NCBI GenBank assembly: GCA_964360965.1 | Contig: CAYHYM010000002.1 | Coordinates: 1-32,000 of the forward strand | Length of the DNA stretch: 32,000 bases | Direction: 5' to 3' | Origin: an uncultured Gammaproteobacteria bacterium | Lineage (GTDB): Bacteria; Patescibacteriota; Microgenomatia; Daviesbacterales; UBA10151 | Shown here: positions 8,077-15,830 of the stretch, one piece after another | Layout of the letters: the number at the start of each line of letters is the position of its first letter | Numbering within the stretch: position 1 is the first letter of the stretch | Notes under the pieces: generated by a model | What the model saw: the letters and a program-made list of their open reading frames with translations, nothing else | The model's database searches: none | What the model was told of the DNA's origin: nothing | Translations under genes and position numbers: made by a program

Positions 8077-8805
8077 TTATTGATATTGTTCAATTGCCAA
8101 TTTTTTGGCTTCTTCCAAAATTTTTTCCTCACCGGGCAAAATTAGCCTTTGGGTTCTTTTAAAAGATGTTACCCCTCCATTTTGCACTTTTTGCCAAAAA
8201 TCAATCTGCAACTGATGCTCAACTGGCAATACCCTCTTTTGTAATGTTTCAGGGCTGTCATTATCCAAAATTTCCACCTGATGAGTCATCAAAAGTTCTC
8301 CCTGATCATACTTCTTATTGACCTGATGAATGGTAGCTTCTGTTTGGAAGGGTCTTTTGATTCTTCTTGCAAAATTTAAAACTGCAGCGTGAACCCTTAT
8401 TCCATACATTCCCACTCCCCCAAAATCAGGATAGCCTGGATCCAAGGGGCCTGGATGCTGATTAACAATTCTACCTTCAAACTGCTCAACCACATTTTCC
8501 GGAGTTAAAACCATCCAGCCGTTTTGTGAAACCCAATTAACTTGATACTGGGCAAATTTATCAAGTAGAACCTGGCCATAACTTAAACGAGAAGCTTCCA
8601 TATCCTCCACCCCATCTTTTACCACCTTATATGGTGCTCTGGGCACAATCTCCACCTCCACCATCAATTTTTGAGCTTTTTCTACCACAGCTGCATCTTT
8701 ATTATTGGTTACCACCAACGCCACATCTACCTTCTTAGATTTGATAATGGCCTCAGTAGTGGTGCCTGAACCTGATGCCAAAATGGCCAACCTGATCTTT
8801 TCCAT
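8077..8805 (-). CDS. formyltransferase, PurN (GAR transformylase)-like
   Basis: ILASGSGTT...VVTNN N-terminal fold, NQHPGPL (compare N-x-HPSLLP) and EATIHQV...DQGELL...ETLQKRVLPVEH match the PurN catalytic N/H/D layout. The region between the HP motif and the catalytic Asp looks longer than in PurN as I recall it. Confidence 0.65.
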   Translation of the reverse strand: MEKIRLAILASGSGTTTEAIIKSKKVDVALVVTNNKDAAVVEKAQKLMVEVEIVPRAPYKVVKDGVEDMEASRLSYGQVLLDKFAQYQVNWVSQNGWMVLTPENVVEQFEGRIVNQHPGPLDPGYPDFGGVGMYGIRVHAAVLNFARRIKRPFQTEATIHQVNKKYDQGELLMTHQVEILDNDSPETLQKRVLPVEHQLQIDFWQKVQNGGVTSFKRTQRLILPGEEKILEEAKKLAIEQYQ

Positions 8806-8814
8806 AATAGAATT

Positions 8815-10371
8815 CTAATCTATCAGTTTTCCTTCAAAGATTTCAGAGGCTACTCTAATTACTTCATCATCAGCAGCCACCTCCACATTGGCCACATCTT
8901 CCAATTTTTGAGGCCTGGCGCCCAAAACTGTGGACACCTTAATAGATTTTCCCAAAACATCTGAAAAGACTGATTCCAAAAGATCCCTGGACTTTGGCGC
9001 CTCCAATATTCTTTGATGAAAAGAATAGGGAACTTCCAAAATTACCATACCATCAGAGGCATCACTAACTTTAACTGAACGAAGCAGAGCCTCCAAAGAA
9101 AAATTAAAAGGACGGATGGTTTCTAAAACAAAACTCCATTTTTCTTTAAGCTTTAGGATATCAGGGGAATCAGAATTTGACGGTGGATGATTTATTTTTA
9201 CTTCGTCATTCTGGAGGGATGTACCATCTCGGTACGTCCCGATAGAATCTTCCATAGATGCTATCGGTCGCTTCGCTCCCTCCAGCATGACAGAGGATTC
9301 GTTTTCGCATATTTCCACCACTGCCAGCTCCAGCGGCAGAGCAGGAATTGAGGCAAACTTCATTTTTTCCAAAGCTTGCTGTAAGGTATTCAAAGCGCCA
9401 GCCAAATAGTTGATGCTTAATTTATCTGCCAGATTGTCAAGCAGTTGGTATTGATCTTTTGGATACTCGAGCTCAACCAAACTTTCCCCCAGATCATGTT
9501 TGATAAGCAGGAGTTTTCGCAAGATATTAAGCATCTCCAAATTAAGCTGCCTTGCATCTACTCCCACCTCTAGTTGTCTGGTAATCTCCAATATGGCAGC
9601 TTTAACATCATTTGAGGCTATTTTCTCAACTGTGCTAAATGCCTCTTCAAACCTGACTACTTGTAAAACCCCTACCACTAAAGCTGCCGTAATTTTGCCC
9701 TCCATGCTTGATGCCTGATCTAACAGTTTTACTCCATCTCTAAAACTGCCATCTGAGGCTCTGGCCAGAATTTGTAAGGCCTCATCATCTATATCAATTT
9801 TTTCATCTTTGGCCACTTTTTGTAAAAGCGATAAAAGCTCCGGAACAGTGGCCAGTTTAAAATCCAGCCTTTGCACTCGGGATAAAATTGTGGCCGGTAT
9901 TTTTTCTCCTTGAGTGGTGGCCAAAATAAAAAGGGCGTGAGTAGGGGGTTCTTCCAGAGTTTTTAAAAGGGCATTTAAAGCCTCTTGAGTTAACATATGC
10001 ACCTCATCAATGATGTAAACTTTTCTTTTGGCGCTGCTTGGTAAAAGTTTTACATTTTCCCGCAAGGCCCTGATATCATCTATTCCCCTGTTGGAAGCAG
10101 CATCAATTTCTATCAGGTCCAGATTAGATCCATCTGTAATAGATGAACAAGTAGAACATTTATTACAAGGAACATTCTGCTTTGCAGAACAATTTACCAT
10201 TTTGGCCAAAATTCGGGCTGTTGATGTTTTACCGCTGCCGCGAGGTCCTACCAAAAGATAGGCATGGGAAAGTTTTCCAGTCAAATATGCTGACTTTAGG
10301 TTTTTTTTAACATGATCCTGACCAGCCAGAGCATCAAGAGTTTGCGGGCGGTATTTTAAATAAAGTGTCAT
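8815..10371 (-). CDS. dnaX: DNA polymerase III subunit gamma/tau
   Basis: Walker A GPRGSGKTS, zinc module CNKCSTCSS, Walker B IIDEVHML and sensor segment ILSRVQRL. Its start overlaps the ybeY stop by 4 nt. Confidence 0.92.
   Translation of the reverse strand: MTLYLKYRPQTLDALAGQDHVKKNLKSAYLTGKLSHAYLLVGPRGSGKTSTARILAKMVNCSAKQNVPCNKCSTCSSITDGSNLDLIEIDAASNRGIDDIRALRENVKLLPSSAKRKVYIIDEVHMLTQEALNALLKTLEEPPTHALFILATTQGEKIPATILSRVQRLDFKLATVPELLSLLQKVAKDEKIDIDDEALQILARASDGSFRDGVKLLDQASSMEGKITAALVVGVLQVVRFEEAFSTVEKIASNDVKAAILEITRQLEVGVDARQLNLEMLNILRKLLLIKHDLGESLVELEYPKDQYQLLDNLADKLSINYLAGALNTLQQALEKMKFASIPALPLELAVVEICENESSVMLEGAKRPIASMEDSIGTYRDGTSLQNDEVKINHPPSNSDSPDILKLKEKWSFVLETIRPFNFSLEALLRSVKVSDASDGMVILEVPYSFHQRILEAPKSRDLLESVFSDVLGKSIKVSTVLGARPQKLEDVANVEVAADDEVIRVASEIFEGKLID
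9206..9292. repeat. inverted pair of GTCATKCTGGAG-family elements inserted in-frame in dnaX
   Basis: Termini GTCATTCTGGAGGGA (9206-9220) and TCCCTCCAGCATGAC (9278-9292) are complementary at 14 of 15 positions. Internal hairpins are GTACC-N5-GGTAC (9222-9236) and CGATAG-N15-CTATCG (9241-9267). Each arm resembles the intergenic copy at 24477-24503. Confidence 0.85.
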
Positions 10372-10757
10372 TGGTGATGAATTCCTAACAGATGATCTAC
10401 TCCGTGTTCCACTAAATCTTTAATTTCATCTTCCACTGAAATTCCGTCCAAGCTGGCATCTTCCAAAGCTTGAGCATAAGAGATGACAATATCCCCCAAT
10501 CTTAACCACCTGTCAGGAGAGGACACAAAACCTACTGGATTTGGATCTTCCAAGGCAAAAGATAAAATGTCAGCTGTTGAGTCAATCCCTCTATATTTTC
10601 GATTTAGCTCATGCATCTTACGATCGCCTATGATGCTAACACCGATCTCTACTCTACCCGTTACTCTGTGTTTTTTCAACGAGTCTATTATTGCATCTTT
10701 AATGGCATCCCTGTTAATATTATATCTCGGATCGGAAGAAACAATAATATTTATCAT
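10368..10757 (-). CDS. ybeY: rRNA maturation endoribonuclease YbeY
   Basis: Zinc motif HGVDHLLGIHH (H-x3-H-x5-H) at the C-terminus. Size and the N-terminal part fit the YbeY family. Confidence 0.85.
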   Translation of the reverse strand: MINIIVSSDPRYNINRDAIKDAIIDSLKKHRVTGRVEIGVSIIGDRKMHELNRKYRGIDSTADILSFALEDPNPVGFVSSPDRWLRLGDIVISYAQALEDASLDGISVEDEIKDLVEHGVDHLLGIHHQ

Positions 10758-10765
10758 ATTCCTTT

Positions 10766-10790
10766 GTCATTCCGGACTTGATCCGGAATC
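10766..10790. repeat. palindromic repeat hairpin (GTCATTCCGGA...TCCGGAATC)
   Basis: ATTCCGGA (10769-10776) pairs with TCCGGAAT (10782-10789) around the loop CTTGA. The GTCATTC...GAATC ends are shared with the copies at 23716-23740 and 24477-24503. Confidence 0.8.
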
Positions 10791-10809
10791 TATATAATTA
10801 TTTGTATGG

Positions 10810-10844
10810 ATCCTGAATCAAGTTCAGGATGACACTAGGGTGTC
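10810..10844. repeat. palindromic repeat: 8-bp hairpin followed by a GACAC/GTGTC hairpin
   Basis: ATCCTGAA (10810-10817) pairs with TTCAGGAT (10823-10830) around the loop TCAAG. GACAC-TAGG-GTGTC follows at 10831-10844. TTCAGGATGACACT.GGTGTCA recurs at 12590-12611. Confidence 0.8.
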
Positions 10845-11278
10845 AGCTTGCCCCTAACTATCCCACTTACAACATTCCCGTCAGCTTGACCTTTAACCTT
10901 CCCCATCACCTTTCCCCTCACCTTCCCCATATCCTGCAAAGAAGTAGCTCCTATTTCATTTATAGCCTGTTGGACTATATTAGTCAATTCCTCAGTTGAA
11001 AGTTGAGCTGGCAGATATCCTTCTAAAATTTTTAGCTCTTGTTCTTCCTTTAAAGCTTGCTCCTCTCTACCTCCAGACCTAAAACCAGAAGCTGCTTCAG
11101 ATCTCCTCTTAGTCTCTTTTTGAATAATAGAAATCACATCCTGATCAGATAATTCCTGTCCTTTGGCAATCTGGACATTATGGATTTCAGATAAAAGCAA
11201 CCGCAAGGTGGATATTTTTACTTCCTCACGATCAAACTGCGCCTGTTTTAAATCTTCTTGTATTGTAATCAGTAACAT
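10835..11278 (-). CDS. GatB/YqeY domain-containing protein
   Basis: Typical YqeY pattern: IQEDLKQAQ...STLRLLLSEI...QKETKRRSEAASGFRSGGREEQALKEEQELKILEGYLP...DMGKV. The last codons and the stop lie inside the repeat at 10831-10844. Confidence 0.85.
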   Translation of the reverse strand: MLLITIQEDLKQAQFDREEVKISTLRLLLSEIHNVQIAKGQELSDQDVISIIQKETKRRSEAASGFRSGGREEQALKEEQELKILEGYLPAQLSTEELTNIVQQAINEIGATSLQDMGKVRGKVMGKVKGQADGNVVSGIVRGKLTP

Positions 11279-11475
11279 TAACTACCAAATCTTTTGGCCC
11301 GCATAATTTTTCTTCTTTTTTCCGCTAAATATTCCTGCCGAAGCTGTGAGGGTTTTCTATAAAATTCCCTTTGGCGGATCTCCTGTACCACACCCTCCAA
11401 AAGAACCTTCTTTTGGAACTTTCTAATAACCGAATTAGTATTATCTCTGGGACCAGCTTTTACTATGATGCTCAT
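11278..11475 (-). CDS. rpsU: 30S ribosomal protein S21
   Basis: A 65-aa basic protein. VIRKFQKKVLLEGVVQEIRQREFYRKPSQLRQ matches the S21 pattern. Its TAA stop shares one base with the downstream ATG. Confidence 0.85.
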   Translation of the reverse strand: MSIIVKAGPRDNTNSVIRKFQKKVLLEGVVQEIRQREFYRKPSQLRQEYLAEKRRKIMRAKRFGS

Positions 11476-12560
11476 TTTAACTCACCCACCATCTTCTTTA
11501 GAAGATCCAACGTTCTAGTCTGTCTTAAGGCATGGCGAAGATGCAATCTTGGTTCTTGCGCTTCAAACTGTCTTTTTACCCTCTCATCTGTAATCTTCTC
11601 CACTTCTGCCTGAAGCTCCTCCTCACTCACCTGGATATTTTCCAATCTTGCAACTTCTGCCAACCCCAATTCCATCCGCATATTTTTCTCAGCCTGCGGC
11701 TTCCATTCATTTTTGAGCTGTTCTAAGGTTTTCCCTTGTCCCTTTAAGTAATCCTCCAAGAGTAACCCCATATCAGCCACTCTTCTCTGCAAGGATACCA
11801 GCATTCTGTTTAACTCATCGCTGATCAACACCTCAGGCAGCTCAACCGCGGTAATTTTTTCCACCTCCTGCAGGATGGCCTCTTCAAAATCAAGTTCGGA
11901 ATTGAGTTTAACATGATCTTCCAAATCTTTCCTGATTTTTAATCTCAGGTCAGCCAAACCTGCTGACCCCATGGCTTTGGCAAAAGTATCATCTGGTCCG
12001 GCTGCGCTGGATTGCCCGTTTGATGATGGAGTCTGAGATGGCTGGTTTTGTTGAAAATTAATTGATCCGCCGGAACTGCTTCGCGCTTGCGCAGCTCCTG
12101 CGCCCACACTCCATCTTTTATACAAATCATCAATCACCTTAGCAACTTCCTCATCAGTCACGAGTTTGGTGGTAGGTCTTGTTACTTTTATTGTTTTATA
12201 ATCTCCCACAGTAACTTGCGGCCTGTTGGTGATAGTGGCTTTATATTGAAGCTGACCACCTTTGGCATAAGAAATCAGTTGGTACTTTGGATAATCAATG
12301 GGGATAACATCAGTGCCTTTTAAAGCCTCTATTAAAAATGATGGTTGAACGCTTTTTAACACTTCATCCTGAAGTTTAACCCCCAAAGACTGCTCAACCA
12401 TGCTGCCAGGGGCAGTACCTTTTCTAAAACCAGGCAATTCCACATCAAGGGATAACTTTGTCAGGACCTCATTCCATTTAGGTTCTAAATCTACCCATGG
12501 AACAGTAATGGTTACTTCAACAATACTCTTTGGTTGTTTAATAATATTTTTCTGAATCAT
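11472..12560 (-). CDS. tig: trigger factor, apparently lacking the PPIase domain
   Basis: N-terminal ribosome-binding signature GFRKGTAP, and C-terminal arm region (ELPEVLISDELNRMLVSLQRR...). The position of the FKBP domain is occupied by a low-complexity segment of about 45 aa. Confidence 0.8.
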   Translation of the reverse strand: MIQKNIIKQPKSIVEVTITVPWVDLEPKWNEVLTKLSLDVELPGFRKGTAPGSMVEQSLGVKLQDEVLKSVQPSFLIEALKGTDVIPIDYPKYQLISYAKGGQLQYKATITNRPQVTVGDYKTIKVTRPTTKLVTDEEVAKVIDDLYKRWSVGAGAAQARSSSGGSINFQQNQPSQTPSSNGQSSAAGPDDTFAKAMGSAGLADLRLKIRKDLEDHVKLNSELDFEEAILQEVEKITAVELPEVLISDELNRMLVSLQRRVADMGLLLEDYLKGQGKTLEQLKNEWKPQAEKNMRMELGLAEVARLENIQVSEEELQAEVEKITDERVKRQFEAQEPRLHLRHALRQTRTLDLLKKMVGELK

Positions 12561-12589
12561 AGGCTGTTTAACGTTTTTGCGTCACTATT

Positions 12590-12611
12590 TTCAGGATGAC
12601 ACTTGGTGTCA
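12590..12611. repeat. partial copy of the TTCAGGATGACAC..GTGTCA repeat
   Basis: TTCAGGATGACACTTGGTGTCA here versus TTCAGGATGACACTAGGGTGTCA at 10823-10845. Lies in the tig-proS spacer. Confidence 0.75.
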
Positions 12612-12635
12612 ATTTAACAGAAATCATCTTTAAAA

Positions 12636-13952
12636 TCAATTAGACTTAATAATATCAATCAATTGTTTTAAATCTTTAAAGTTCGTTTCCTTTTCTGATC
12701 TTTTTTTAACCTCTAATTTATCTTTGGCTCGCCCTGAGTTTACCTGCAGTGAGCCACTCGGTCCTGAGCTCGTGGCCGAAGGGCTTGTCGAACCTGCCGA
12801 ATGGGCCGAATGGGTCTTTTTAGAAATAACCACTCTGTAGGGAATTCCAATTAAATCAGCATCGGCAAATTTTTCTCCGGCAGATACATCTACTCTGTCA
12901 TCAAACAAAACCTCAATTCCTTCAACTTGCAGTAATTTATAAACCTTTTCCGCCTCCCTCATTACAGATTCTTGATCCAAATCCAATCCCACCAAATGAA
13001 CCTGATATGGAGCTACAGACTCCGGCCAAATAATGCCTTTTTCATCATTAAATACTTCCACAATTGCTCCCATGGTTCTTGATATCCCCAAACCATAACA
13101 GCCTGCGGAGACCAGCTTCTCTTTGCCATCCCGATCAACAAAAGTTAATTTAAAAGTTTTGGCAAACGACTCCTTTAAGGGGAAAATATTACCAACCTCA
13201 ATAGACCTTTCCAGCGTTAAATTCCCTCCACATTGAACACATTTTTTATCTTCTGCAATTTCTGCATTTGTGGCAGTTTTACAACTCTCACAGACAAAAA
13301 CAGTATCTTCTCCTGAAGGAGTCAGGGTTTGAAATTCCAAAGACAGGTTTGAAAAAGTACCTCCACCTGCTTTAGTCTCCACAACTGGTAGAGTCAATCT
13401 TTGAAAAATTTTCAGATAAGCCTTCCTGACAATTTGGTAATACTCATCCCTATCGCTATCATCTGTATGAAAACTGTACAGATCCTTCATCAAAAATTCT
13501 CTTCCACGAAGTAATCCTGCTTTAGCCCTTGGCTCATTTCTAAATTTGGTTTGAACCTGATAAAGACACAAAGGTAAGTCTCTGTAAGATTTTGCGTATT
13601 CTTTTACCAGAGGATAAATTATCTCTTCGTGGGTTGGTCCCAAAACCAAATCAGAGCCACCTCCTTTTAATTTAAAAAGTACATCAAAAGAGGAAAACCT
13701 GCCTGTTTTTTTCCAAGCATCAGCAGGGTGTAAGGCTGGCATAACCAACTCATGTGCCCCAATATCATTCATTTCCTCTCTGACTATATCAGAAATCTTA
13801 TCTAAAACTCTCCAACCTAAGGGTAAATAGGTATAAACTCCAGCCATCTCCTGATGGATAAAGCCAGCTCGAGTTAGTAACTGATGATTGATGGACTCAG
13901 CCCCTGAGGGGGCTTGCTTTAAAGTTTTCGGGAAAAGTTTTGAGTATTTCAT
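12636..13952 (-). CDS. proS: proline--tRNA ligase (bacterial type, no INS editing domain) carrying a repeat-derived insertion near the C-terminus
   Basis: Bacterial ProRS N-terminus (SINHQLLTRAGFIHQEMAGVYTYLPLG), class II motif 2 (FRNEPRAKAGLLRGREF), Cys-rich segment CESC...CVQCGG and motif 3 (GCYGLGISR). ATGA overlap with the upstream gene. Confidence 0.9.
   Translation of the reverse strand: MKYSKLFPKTLKQAPSGAESINHQLLTRAGFIHQEMAGVYTYLPLGWRVLDKISDIVREEMNDIGAHELVMPALHPADAWKKTGRFSSFDVLFKLKGGGSDLVLGPTHEEIIYPLVKEYAKSYRDLPLCLYQVQTKFRNEPRAKAGLLRGREFLMKDLYSFHTDDSDRDEYYQIVRKAYLKIFQRLTLPVVETKAGGGTFSNLSLEFQTLTPSGEDTVFVCESCKTATNAEIAEDKKCVQCGGNLTLERSIEVGNIFPLKESFAKTFKLTFVDRDGKEKLVSAGCYGLGISRTMGAIVEVFNDEKGIIWPESVAPYQVHLVGLDLDQESVMREAEKVYKLLQVEGIEVLFDDRVDVSAGEKFADADLIGIPYRVVISKKTHSAHSAGSTSPSATSSGPSGSLQVNSGRAKDKLEVKKRSEKETNFKDLKQLIDIIKSN
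12728..12816. repeat. GC-rich repeat (CCTGAGC/GTCGAA/CCGAATGGG family) inserted in-frame in proS
   Basis: Contains CCCTGAG, CCTGAGCTCGTGGCCGAAGGGCTTGTCGAACC and tandem CCGAATGGG (12797-12805, 12806-12814). Translated as HSAHSAGSTSPSATSSGPSGSLQVNSGRA. Confidence 0.8.
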
Positions 13953-14683
13953 CTTACACGTCTTCCCTCACGTTCGAAATCTCCACTTCCATCATTTTTA
14001 TCCTCTTTATTCCTCTCTTTTTGAACCTCTCTTTGTTCTTTTTTATCAGAATGTTCTTTCTCCTTTTTTGACTTTTCTTTTTCCTCTTTTATCTTCTTTT
14101 CTATCTCTTCTATTTTCTTACGAGCTTCATCAATCTCTTTAGCATCAACTCCTCCTTGAGGAGGTTTAGAAGGGGTTACAGGTTGAGCTGACGGAGTGGG
14201 TCTTTGGGTAGGAACTGGAGTCGCAACCAATGTAGCAGATGGTTCTGGTGGAGAAACAACTTCAGTAATGGGCGGGGTTGTAATTTGGTTTGAAGCCTGT
14301 TCTAATCCCTGATCATATTTTTTTATAGAATCCAAAAGTTGATCTGTTAATTGCTCTTTCCTTACAGGATCTTCCACTTTTGCTAACTCATTTGCTGCTA
14401 TGTCTGTTTGGGAAACCAGCTCATTTAAAGTTTTAGAAGCAGATTTACCTTGAGCTATTAATGTAGAAAATTCTTTAAATCTTCTGTCAGATCTGGCTGC
14501 GGAAAACCAGGCGCGGGTTATGGGGTTCAAAGATGCAACTGCATATATTCCATCCTCCAAAATCCTTTTAATTGGGTAAGTCGCATCACCAGGCACGGCA
14601 TTATTGGAAATTAAAGCCAAACTGGATGGTGGAAATAATACTATGGCCAAAATTAGAGTGGCAGTAGAGATAATCTTAACCAT
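13949..14683 (-). CDS. membrane-anchored DUF5667-like protein with Pro-rich and Lys/Glu-rich tail
   Basis: N-terminal TM helix, then VPGDATYPIKRILEDG, which resembles the PGD..YP.KR start of DUF5667. A proline-rich linker and a KE-rich C-terminus follow. I prefer the ATG at 14683, 4 nt after the rseP stop, over the ORF-track start at 14722. Confidence 0.6.
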   Translation of the reverse strand: MVKIISTATLILAIVLFPPSSLALISNNAVPGDATYPIKRILEDGIYAVASLNPITRAWFSAARSDRRFKEFSTLIAQGKSASKTLNELVSQTDIAANELAKVEDPVRKEQLTDQLLDSIKKYDQGLEQASNQITTPPITEVVSPPEPSATLVATPVPTQRPTPSAQPVTPSKPPQGGVDAKEIDEARKKIEEIEKKIKEEKEKSKKEKEHSDKKEQREVQKERNKEDKNDGSGDFEREGRRVR

Positions 14684-14687
14684 AATA

Positions 14688-15830
14688 CTAGTATACACCA
14701 GAGAGAATTTTGGAAAGATCATTAAAAGTGACCAGTATCATCAAGGTCAACAGGATGGCAAATCCCACACCATGAACCCATTTTTCAACTTGAGCATGAA
14801 CCCTTTTGCGCGTTATGGCCTCAATCAAAAGAAAAAACAGCCTGCCTCCATCAAGAGCCGGAAATGGCAGCAAATTTAACACAGCCAGGTTTAAAGATAA
14901 CAGGGCCATAAAATCAAAATAGGAAATAACAGGGTTGTGACTTTTGGTTAAAATGATATTGGCAACATAAGTTATTCCCACAGGCCCTGATACTGTGGAG
15001 GAAAGCGGGGTGAGATTTCTCTCTTGTATAGCTTGTCCCACAAAATTTCCCAAGATTCTTCCTGAATAAGCTATCAAATTAACAGAATGTAAGGGTCCGG
15101 ATAAAATTTTTTGCCACATATTTTGATATTCAAGATCAGCAATCTGGATCTGCAAAAGCCCCACTCCCAAAGGCCCTTCTCCTTTGGGCGGCTCTTTTCT
15201 GGGGGTTATTAGCACACTCCGAAAACTTCCCCTTTCACCAGATAAGGTAAGTTTCACCCGCTCTCCTGCCAATTTTTTAATTTTATCCAGCAGGTCCAAA
15301 CTGCCACTCACTGGCTGATCATCAACAGCCATAATCGTTTCTCCTATCTTTATACCGGAAATTTGAGCCGGAGAATCTTTGGATATGCTTTGCACCAATA
15401 CCTGCGACTCAACTTTTTGATTTACTCCCACAAACTGATGGTTAAAATAAAGCGGAATTTTAGTTTTAAAACCGGAGAATCCTAAAACAATATAAAGCAA
15501 TACCCAAGCCAAAATCAGATTCATTACCACCCCTGCAACCACCACTAATATTCTTTTGCCAACATGCGCTGCTGCAAAAGAGCGTTTGTTCTTGAGGATA
15601 TCTTTATCTACCTCATCCTCTCCCAGCAGGCGTACAAATCCTCCAAAAGGCAGCCAATTTACAGAAACTATTGTTTCCCCAATCTTTTTGCCCCAAGCCC
15701 TGGGGGGAATACCAAAACCAAATTCCTCAACTTTAATCCCAAATTTTTTGGCTATTAAAAAATGGCCCAGTTCATGAATAACCACCAAAAATAAAATAGT
15801 TAGTATAAAAATTATAATGGAAAAAATCAT
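14688..15830 (-). CDS. rseP: RIP metalloprotease RseP (site-2 protease, M50)
   Basis: HELGHF zinc motif in the first TM helix, a central PDZ-like segment and the NLLPFPALDGG motif. Confidence 0.88.
   Translation of the reverse strand: MIFSIIIFILTILFLVVIHELGHFLIAKKFGIKVEEFGFGIPPRAWGKKIGETIVSVNWLPFGGFVRLLGEDEVDKDILKNKRSFAAAHVGKRILVVVAGVVMNLILAWVLLYIVLGFSGFKTKIPLYFNHQFVGVNQKVESQVLVQSISKDSPAQISGIKIGETIMAVDDQPVSGSLDLLDKIKKLAGERVKLTLSGERGSFRSVLITPRKEPPKGEGPLGVGLLQIQIADLEYQNMWQKILSGPLHSVNLIAYSGRILGNFVGQAIQERNLTPLSSTVSGPVGITYVANIILTKSHNPVISYFDFMALLSLNLAVLNLLPFPALDGGRLFFLLIEAITRKRVHAQVEKWVHGVGFAILLTLMILVTFNDLSKILSGVY

Noticed and set aside
11975-12110. GC-rich low-complexity stretch in tig as another copy of the palindromic repeat families
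   Set aside because: I could not find the diagnostic modules (CCTGAGC, GTCGAAGGG, GTCATTCTG) or clear inverted termini in it. I treat it as a low-complexity linker of unknown origin.
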